From assembly GCA_017453255.1 (NCBI GenBank), contig JAFTKN010000006.1, forward strand, positions 45,856 through 109,855: a DNA stretch of 64,000 bases. The letters are read 5' to 3'. Of this stretch, positions 57,796-64,000 are shown one piece after another. The stretch comes from Clostridia bacterium. GTDB lineage: Bacteria; Bacillota; Clostridia; Oscillospirales; CAG-272. Position 1 is the stretch's first letter; the number at the start of each line of letters is the position of its first letter. The position numbers and the translations under genes were made by a program. Under the pieces are notes generated by a model that was not told the DNA's origin, ran no database searches, and saw nothing but the letters and a program-made list of their open reading frames with translations.

Positions 57796-57824
57796 ATTAT
57801 ATCATTACATAACCCTTAACTCAA
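57796..57824 (-). promoter_or_regulatory. Sigma-A promoter (extended -10) of the WYL-LRR gene
   Basis: Minus strand TTGAGT (57819-57824), 17-nt spacer, TGaTATAAT (-10 at 57796-57801). Confidence 0.5.
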
Positions 57825-57832
57825 TTGGAATA

Positions 57833-57850
57833 TGTACCATAAATAGTACA
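57833..57850. promoter_or_regulatory. Palindromic candidate operator 1, TGTAC-N8-GTACA
   Basis: TGTACcataaataGTACA, 8 bp upstream of the -35 of the regulator promoter. Confidence 0.45.
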
Positions 57851-57901
57851 TTTATCGAACCCAACTGGTTTGATTGCTACAATTATTATAATCTTTTCAT
57901 A

Positions 57902-57918
57902 ATCCCAAAAAGCGTACA
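57902..57918. repeat. Left arm of a perfect 17-bp inverted repeat
   Basis: ATCCCAAAAAGCGTACA is the exact reverse complement of 58064-58080. Confidence 0.8.
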
Positions 57919-57946
57919 TAGAAAATACCACATCAATATGATAAAC

Positions 57947-57977
57947 AAAAACCCGACATTTTTTGTGTTGGGTTTTT
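57947..57977. terminator. Bidirectional terminator-like hairpin inside the divergent intergenic region
   Basis: AAAAACCCGACA-loop-TGTGTTGGGTTTTT (one G-U pair). The GC core with its T-run (57951-57977) is flanked by direct repeats ATAAACAAAA (57941-57950 and 57978-57987). Confidence 0.45.
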
Positions 57978-57989
57978 ATAAACAAAATA

Positions 57990-58017
57990 TTGACTTTCAA
58001 ACATAACGGTTTATTGT
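57990..58017 (+). promoter_or_regulatory. Sigma-A promoter of the helicase-MoxR-vWA operon
   Basis: TTGACT (57990-57995), 16-nt spacer, TATTGT (58012-58017), leaving a ~160-nt leader to the ATG at 58185. Confidence 0.45.
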
Positions 58018-58032
58018 ACTAATTTTAGTACA
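58015..58032. promoter_or_regulatory. Palindromic candidate operator 2, TGTAC-N8-GTACA
   Basis: TGTACtaattttaGTACA overlaps the -10/+1 region of the operon promoter. Confidence 0.45.
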
Positions 58033-58063
58033 CATTAAACCGATTTTGTTTTATTGCCATTTG

Positions 58064-58080
58064 TGTACGCTTTTTGGGAT
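58064..58080. repeat. Right arm of the perfect 17-bp inverted repeat
   Basis: TGTACGCTTTTTGGGAT is the exact reverse complement of 57902-57918. Confidence 0.8.
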
Positions 58081-58184
58081 ATTAATGTGGATAAAATGAA
58101 AATACAAGATTGTTTCTAATGCAACATAAATAATGTGGGAATGTGATTTACAATGACATTTACCACTAAAAGGAGGTTAAAGCT

Positions 58185-61100
58185 ATGAAGGACGAAAAAA
58201 GCAAGCTTACAACATTACAGTCAATGGTTGATGGCTTTTTCAAAAACTTAAAGGTTTTTAAGGAAATGCTATCAGGCGAGGATTTTGATACAGCCATGGA
58301 TTCTCTTACCTGCGCAACAAAGGAAATGAAAAAGCTATCAAGCGAGCTTAAAAGGAAGGACGAGGAGCGTGAGGCTCGATTAAGAGCCATCGAAGACAAA
58401 AAGGAGGAAATGGAGGATAGACGAATTGCTAAGGTTACCTGCCATGAGCTTCCTTTAGATTGGGAAAATGAGTTTTCTAACGATGAGCGTACCAATATTT
58501 TCTTTGACAAGCTTGAGGACGCTTATATTTATTGCCTTAACTCATTAGGTAGGGTTGATATTGAGTTTATTTCTGCTACCACTAAGCTAAGCTGTAGCGA
58601 GGTTATAAGGGGCTTAGGTGGTGCTATCTACCAAAATCCAGACAAATGGAACGAATGCTTCTATAAGGGTTGGGAAAGCTGTGATGAATATTTAAGCGGA
58701 AACCTTATTACAAAATGGAACAAAGCCAAGGAAGCAAACGAAAAATATAATGGCTATTTCAAGCGTAATGTAGATGCACTTGCTAAGATAATTCCTGATA
58801 GTGTAAAGCCTCGTGACATTTATATCACCTTAGGCTCTCCCTTTGTTCCTCCAGATATGATTGATGATTTCATTTATTATCTAATGGGTGGCTGTAAGCC
58901 TACTTCCCCACATTACGCTACCCATCACGATGAAAAAAGTGGCATTTGGGAAATTCCCGACAAGACTCGCTTCAGATATGGAAAAAATAGTGTTAAAAGC
59001 ACCGTTGTTTATGGCACTTCTGATATGGAAATGCTCTATTTACTTGAAAACACATTAAATATGAAGGCTATTGCAATTTACGATCAAGTAATTAGCAAGA
59101 CTAACAAAAGTGGTGTTACAAGGATTATAAATCAAGAAAAGACTCTTCTTGCCTTAGAAAAGCAGAAGCTACTAATTGAGCGCTTTCAAAATTGGGTATG
59201 GAGCGATAAGAAGCGTGTCGAAAGGCTTCAAATGATATACGATTCACAATTTGGCTGTATCAGGACAAGAAGCTATGACGGCTCGTACCTTACGTTTCCA
59301 AATATGAACCCAAGTGTTAAGCTACATAAGCATCAAAGAGATGCGGTGGCTCGTATTCTACAATCAGATAATACCCTTTTAGCTCACGATGTAGGTGCAG
59401 GAAAGACATATGTAATGATAGCTTCTGGTATGGAGCTTCGTCGCATGGGAATTTCCAAAAAAAATATGTTCGTTATTCCAAACAATTTAATGGGACAATG
59501 GAAGAGCATCTTTACCGAGATGTATCCAAATGCTAAGCTTTTGTGTATAGAGCCTAAGGACTTTACTCCAGTTAAGCGAAACAATGTTTTATATAAGATA
59601 AAGCATCAGGATTATGATGCTATCATTATGGTATATAGCTGTTTTGACATGATTCCGTTATCCTATGAATACTACGAGAACCTATATGACGAGGTTATTA
59701 AGCAGATTACTAAGGCTCGAAGTGCCTTTTCCTCTCAGGCAAGCGTCAATCTAAAAAAGAAATCTATTCAAAAAACACTTGAAAAGCTTAAAGCAGACAT
59801 AATGGGTAGTGACCTTGCTATAACCTTTGATGAGTTAGGCATAAATTCCTTGTTTGTTGACGAGGCACACAACTATAAGAATGTAACTATTGAGACTCAG
59901 ATTTCAAACGTATTAGGTATCAGCACAACTGGCAGTAAGAAATGCAACAGCATGCTACACAAGGTTGAATGTGTGCAAAAGAATAATGGTGGTCGTGGTG
60001 TTATCTTTGCAACAGGAACTCCTATTACTAACTCAATTACTGACGCATTTATAATGCAACGATACCTTCAGAGTGGTCAGCTCGCCCTTATGGGTCTTGA
60101 TAGCTTTGATGGTTGGGTTGGTATGTTTGCCGAAAAGCAACAGTCCTTCGAGGTCGATGTTGATACAGGCCGATTCCGTTTAGCCACAAGATTCTCTAAA
60201 TTTCACAATCTTCCAGAGCTTACCTCCATTCTTTCCTCGATTGCTGACTTTTACACAATAGATAAAAGCAAGGTGCTACCTGACTTTAAGGGCTACAAGG
60301 ACTCAATTATAACCAATACAGATGAATTTAAGGAATATCTTGCAAAAATATCCCATCGTGCTGATATGGTTAGAAGCAAATTGGTAAGTCGAAAAGAAGA
60401 TAATATGCTCAAGATTACAACAGATGGAAGAAAGGCAGCGCTTGACCTTAGATTAGTTGAGCCTACCTCTGCGTTTACCTATCAATCTAAGGTTGCAAGG
60501 TGCGCCGAGCTTGTAGCAGACTTATACCATAAAACAAGTAAGGATAAAAGTGCTCAGCTCATTTTCTGTGACACCTCTACCCCTAAAAAATGCTTTAATG
60601 TTTACGATGAGCTTTCAAGGCTACTTGTTTCTATGGGTGTAAGGGCTGACGAAATTGCCTACGCCCACGATGCTACAACAGATAAGAAAAGAGATCAGCT
60701 TTTCAAAGACGTAAGAAACGGCAAAATCAGAGTTCTTATTGGCTCAACATTTAAGCTCGGAATGGGTGTAAATGTGCAGGAAAGACTTATTGCTATTCAT
60801 CACATTGATGTTCCTTGGCGTCCTGCTGATATGATTCAGCGTGAGGGTAGAATCTTAAGACAAGGCAATACAAATGATGAGGTATATATTTTTAGATATA
60901 TAACCGAGGGAAGCTTTGATGCTTACTCGTGGCAACTTCTCGAGTCTAAGTCGAGGTTTATCTGTGCTCTGCTCTCTGGCTCTCTTAAGAGTCGTAGTGC
61001 TACTGATATAGATTCCTCTGTCTTAAATTATGCTGAGGTTAAAGCTCTCGCTATTGGAAACCCCTTAATCAAGGAAAGAGTCGAGGTATCTAACGAGCTT

Positions 61101-61655
61101 GAACGATACTACATTCTACATAAAGAGGAGGTATTAAGCAAGGATAGAGCCTTAAGCGAGCTTGGTACTATTCCAGCAAGAATTGAGCGTGCAAGGTTAC
61201 TTATTTCACAATGCAAGGCAGATATAGATGACTATAATGAGAAAAAGGTAAGCTATTCTAAGGAGGAAGCTAAGGAAATAAGACAGAAAATCGACTCTGC
61301 TCTTAAAGCCAACGTGCTTAATTCAGAGGAAACCGAGGTGCTAACATATCAAGGCTTTAAGGTAATAGTTCCTGCTTATATGAGTGAGGAAAAGCCCTGT
61401 GTATATTTAGTTGGTCAAGGCAAATATCTAATTGAAATGGGTACAGAGCTTGGTGTTACAAGACGTCTTGATTTCTTCCTTGAGGAGTTTGACCGTCAGC
61501 TTGCCAAATATAAAAACGGCTTAGAGATTTTATTAACAAGGCAAATAGATTTACAGGCTGAAATTAACAAGAAGAACAAATACACAGACAAAATTGAGGC
61601 ATTACAGGAAAGACTAAATAAAATCGACGAGGAATTGGGGGTAAACTGTGCATGA
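58185..61655 (+). CDS. Large SF2 helicase (SNF2/Res-like, DEAH) with ~390 aa of unassigned N-terminal sequence and a C-terminal coiled-coil region
   Basis: 1156 aa, AGGAGG RBS. Motif I AHDVGAGKTY (near 59390-59410), motif II FVDEAHNYKN (near 59860), FATGTPITNS, motif VI QREGRILRQGN (near 60840-60870). No methyltransferase or nuclease motif recognised. Confidence 0.75.
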   Translation: MKDEKSKLTTLQSMVDGFFKNLKVFKEMLSGEDFDTAMDSLTCATKEMKKLSSELKRKDEEREARLRAIEDKKEEMEDRRIAKVTCHELPLDWENEFSNDERTNIFFDKLEDAYIYCLNSLGRVDIEFISATTKLSCSEVIRGLGGAIYQNPDKWNECFYKGWESCDEYLSGNLITKWNKAKEANEKYNGYFKRNVDALAKIIPDSVKPRDIYITLGSPFVPPDMIDDFIYYLMGGCKPTSPHYATHHDEKSGIWEIPDKTRFRYGKNSVKSTVVYGTSDMEMLYLLENTLNMKAIAIYDQVISKTNKSGVTRIINQEKTLLALEKQKLLIERFQNWVWSDKKRVERLQMIYDSQFGCIRTRSYDGSYLTFPNMNPSVKLHKHQRDAVARILQSDNTLLAHDVGAGKTYVMIASGMELRRMGISKKNMFVIPNNLMGQWKSIFTEMYPNAKLLCIEPKDFTPVKRNNVLYKIKHQDYDAIIMVYSCFDMIPLSYEYYENLYDEVIKQITKARSAFSSQASVNLKKKSIQKTLEKLKADIMGSDLAITFDELGINSLFVDEAHNYKNVTIETQISNVLGISTTGSKKCNSMLHKVECVQKNNGGRGVIFATGTPITNSITDAFIMQRYLQSGQLALMGLDSFDGWVGMFAEKQQSFEVDVDTGRFRLATRFSKFHNLPELTSILSSIADFYTIDKSKVLPDFKGYKDSIITNTDEFKEYLAKISHRADMVRSKLVSRKEDNMLKITTDGRKAALDLRLVEPTSAFTYQSKVARCAELVADLYHKTSKDKSAQLIFCDTSTPKKCFNVYDELSRLLVSMGVRADEIAYAHDATTDKKRDQLFKDVRNGKIRVLIGSTFKLGMGVNVQERLIAIHHIDVPWRPADMIQREGRILRQGNTNDEVYIFRYITEGSFDAYSWQLLESKSRFICALLSGSLKSRSATDIDSSVLNYAEVKALAIGNPLIKERVEVSNELERYYILHKEEVLSKDRALSELGTIPARIERARLLISQCKADIDDYNEKKVSYSKEEAKEIRQKIDSALKANVLNSEETEVLTYQGFKVIVPAYMSEEKPCVYLVGQGKYLIEMGTELGVTRRLDFFLEEFDRQLAKYKNGLEILLTRQIDLQAEINKKNKYTDKIEALQERLNKIDEELGVNCA

Positions 61656-62767
61656 AAAGCCTATCTATAAGTAACATTCCACAAATGTCAGTTGAAAAAA
61701 TGACCGATATATTATCAAGTATCTTCGTAAAAGCAATTAAGACGGGGGTGGAGCTAAAGGCTCTGCCCTCGATGATGCTATGGGGACCTCCTGGTGTTGG
61801 TAAATCACAGGCTATTAGACAGATTGCAAAACAAATTAATGAACAAACTAAAAAGCAAGTTAATGTCACTGACGTTAGACTTCTCCTTTTTAACCCTATT
61901 GATTTGCGTGGTATCCCAACTGCAAATGCTGATAAAACCCTTGCTGTTTGGCTTAAGCCACAAATTTTCCAAATGAATAGTAGCTCCGATATTATTAACA
62001 TTCTATTTCTTGATGAAATTTCGGCAGCTCCTATGTCGATACAGGCGGCGGCTTATCAAATCACTCTTGATAGAGTTGTTGGAGAGCATAAGCTACCCGA
62101 TAACTGTATAGTAATCGCTGCAGGAAACCGAGTTACTGACAAAAGCGTGGCTTATAAGATGCCTAAGGCACTTGCTAACCGACTTTGTCATATTGAAATA
62201 GAAAGCTCAAGCGATTCCTTTATGAAATGGGCAATTTTAAATAATCTTGATAAAAGAATTCTCGGTTTTCTTTCCTTCCGTAACGATTATCTTATGAGCT
62301 TTGATTCTACAAACGAGGATCTTGCCTTTGCAACCCCAAGAAGCTGGGAAATGGTTAGCAATATTTTAAAGCTACATGGCGGTAGCGTTACTGACTGTTA
62401 TCCCCTTGTTGCTGGCTGTATTGGTACTGGTATTGCAACAGAGCTTGAAAGCTTCTGCCGAATTTATAATAGCCTACCTAAGATTGAGGATATATTTATG
62501 GGCAAGCCTGTTTCTATGCCTAAAAGCGTTGACGTTATGTACGCTCTTATTTCCTCAATGGTTGCATATGCAAGAGAGCATAAAAATGATATAAAGCAAA
62601 TTACCAACTCAATTAATTTTGCCTTAGGTATGCCCTCTGACTTCTCTTGTGTATTGTTAAAGAACTACATGGCTATTGAGAAAAATTATATGAATACTCT
62701 TATGAAAATACCAGAATTCTTTACTTGGATGCAAAAGAAGGGAGCGCTACTTAATGGCTCTATCTGA
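61652..62767 (+). CDS. MoxR-like (AAA_5-type) AAA+ ATPase
   Basis: 371 aa. Walker A LWGPPGVGKSQ (near 61783-61806), Walker B ILFLDEIS (near 62002-62020), sensor region AAGNR. The ATGA overlaps the helicase stop. Confidence 0.8.
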   Translation: MKSLSISNIPQMSVEKMTDILSSIFVKAIKTGVELKALPSMMLWGPPGVGKSQAIRQIAKQINEQTKKQVNVTDVRLLLFNPIDLRGIPTANADKTLAVWLKPQIFQMNSSSDIINILFLDEISAAPMSIQAAAYQITLDRVVGEHKLPDNCIVIAAGNRVTDKSVAYKMPKALANRLCHIEIESSSDSFMKWAILNNLDKRILGFLSFRNDYLMSFDSTNEDLAFATPRSWEMVSNILKLHGGSVTDCYPLVAGCIGTGIATELESFCRIYNSLPKIEDIFMGKPVSMPKSVDVMYALISSMVAYAREHKNDIKQITNSINFALGMPSDFSCVLLKNYMAIEKNYMNTLMKIPEFFTWMQKKGALLNGSI

Positions 62768-64000
62768 AAATGATTTGCGTAAATATTCTCAAAGACTCCT
62801 TACCTCAAAGACAAGAATTTTAATAAAGCATGGCTTTTATGGTCTTTTGCTTATGCATATGAAATTTGCTATTGATGAAGAATGTGAAACTGCCTATACT
62901 GACGGATATAAAATCGCATTTTCACCGAGCTTTATGGATGATTTAAGTGACAAGGAGCTTGATTTCGTTTTGATGCACGAGATTTTGCACGTTGTTTTAC
63001 AGCACTGCATTAGAGGTAAGAATTTACAACAATCCAGATATAATATTGCCTGTGATATAGTTGTAAACTCAAATATTCTTGCCTCTAACAACTTTGACCG
63101 TAAGTCAATTACTCTACAAAAGCATGGTGAGGCTATGCACATAGCTCCAGACAACAAGGAAGGATATTTATATACTGCTGAGGAGGTATATAAGATGCTT
63201 CCTGATGACAAGAAAATAAATCCCAGCTCCAAAGGAAGTAGCTCTATGGGTGACAGCGATGACGATAATCAGGACAAGGGTAGTGGTGGATATGGCTTGG
63301 GCAGAGCTAAAAAGAAGCTTGGTAGATATAAAGAGGGCTTTGACTCCCACGATAAGTGGCCACAGCTTGAGGAAGCAGATGCTTTACTAAGAGATGTTTG
63401 GATAAAACGGCTTAGAGATGCAGAAACGACTATAACCATACTTGAGCGCCAAAATGGTCGTGGTACAATTCCTGCTTGTGCAAAAAGGCTACTTAACGAG
63501 CTTAAAAAGCCTAAGCTTAACTGGAGAGTTATGCTTAATGATTTTGTTCAGACTGAGATAAACGACTATTCCTTCTCTCCCCCTGACAGACGCTTTAGCG
63601 AAAGTGACTTCTTTTTACCCGACTTTAACGACAGTGACGAAAAGATTGAAAATGTGTTATTTATGATTGACTCCTCTGGCTCAATGTCTGATGACGATAT
63701 AACAAATGCTTATTCGGAGCTTTATGGTGCAATTTCGCAGTTTGATGGAAAAATATCGGGCTATGTTGGATTTTTCGACGCAGCTATATATGAGCCCCTA
63801 CCCTTTTATAAGGTGAATGATATCTTATCTATAAAGCCAATAGGTGGTGGAGGAACGGATTTTCAAATTGTATTTGAATATGTTCATAAGCATATGGCTT
63901 CCAATCCACCCTCTTGCATAATTATTTTAACTGATGGAGATGCGCCCTATCCTCAACCGAGTGTTGCTATGGGTATTCCTGTTTTGTGGGTGATTAATAA
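62754..64000 (+). CDS. Two-domain protein with an N-terminal putative zincin metallopeptidase (HExxH) and a C-terminal vWA domain (DUF2201-like architecture); the 3' end lies beyond the window
   Basis: Hand-translated with no stop to the window end, so it is not in the ORF track. HEILH at 62976-62990, an S/D/G-rich linker, and the MIDAS motif DSSGS at 63669-63683. It overlaps the upstream gene by 14 nt. Confidence 0.75.
   Translation, partial: MALSENDLRKYSQRLLTSKTRILIKHGFYGLLLMHMKFAIDEECETAYTDGYKIAFSPSFMDDLSDKELDFVLMHEILHVVLQHCIRGKNLQQSRYNIACDIVVNSNILASNNFDRKSITLQKHGEAMHIAPDNKEGYLYTAEEVYKMLPDDKKINPSSKGSSSMGDSDDDNQDKGSGGYGLGRAKKKLGRYKEGFDSHDKWPQLEEADALLRDVWIKRLRDAETTITILERQNGRGTIPACAKRLLNELKKPKLNWRVMLNDFVQTEINDYSFSPPDRRFSESDFFLPDFNDSDEKIENVLFMIDSSGSMSDDDITNAYSELYGAISQFDGKISGYVGFFDAAIYEPLPFYKVNDILSIKPIGGGGTDFQIVFEYVHKHMASNPPSCIIILTDGDAPYPQPSVAMGIPVLWVIN

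Noticed and set aside
61564-62001. 145-aa minus-strand ORF spanning the helicase/MoxR junction
   Set aside because: It is antisense to two strongly supported, translationally coupled plus-strand genes.
62894-63350. Two minus-strand ORFs (112 and 60 aa)
   Set aside because: They are antisense to the unlisted plus-strand HExxH-vWA gene (62754 to the window end), which is open throughout and carries clear motifs.

Overview
Visibly AT-rich chromosome segment of a Clostridia-type Firmicute. The SCIFF peptide and its maturase, the IspH-S1 fusion, the cmk-plsC-ispH/rpsA order, pyruvate formate-lyase and meso-DAP dehydrogenase all fit that class. No rRNA, tRNA, CRISPR array, transposase or integrase was recognised. 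Layout: (1) 1-890 is a truncated membrane protein. (2) 1.5-25.5 kb is a ~24-kb, all-minus-strand Wzx/Wzy-type surface-polysaccharide locus, read from a consensus promoter at 25518-25546. It holds an initiating phosphoglycosyltransferase, several glycosyltransferases (GTs), an EpsG-type polymerase, a TagD-like enzyme with a CDP-alcohol transferase, a Wzx-GNAT fusion, two ATP-grasp ligases, an orphan DctM-like permease, RfbA/RfbB with an aminotransferase, and a separately promoted FnlA/B/C (UDP-L-FucNAc) cassette interrupted by an uncharacterised nucleotidyltransferase. (3) 25.7-47.4 kb is mostly housekeeping: anchored cyclophilin, scfA/scfB, PLP enzymes, asnS, DinG-like helicase, BspA-type leucine-rich-repeat (LRR) lipoprotein, ispH-rpsA, plsC, cmk, ABC-F, glf. 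A small four-helix-bundle gene with a highly structured repeat region lies between asnS and an aminotransferase. (4) 48.4-50.3 kb carries an Mrr-like nuclease plus an alpha/beta hydrolase. (5) 50.4-56.1 kb carries ddh, pflB/pflA and a zinc-ribbon repeat protein. (6) 56.3-64.0 kb is the best candidate for something undescribed. An HTH-WYL regulator with a C-terminal LRR domain is transcribed divergently from a translationally coupled operon encoding a 1156-aa superfamily 2 (SF2) helicase, a MoxR-type AAA+ ATPase and a HExxH-vWA protein that runs off the window. The control region between them has paired TGTAC-N8-GTACA palindromes and a promoter bracketed by perfect 17-bp inverted repeats, so it may be an invertible switch. 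All functional calls rest on motif and family recognition by eye; no database search was run.
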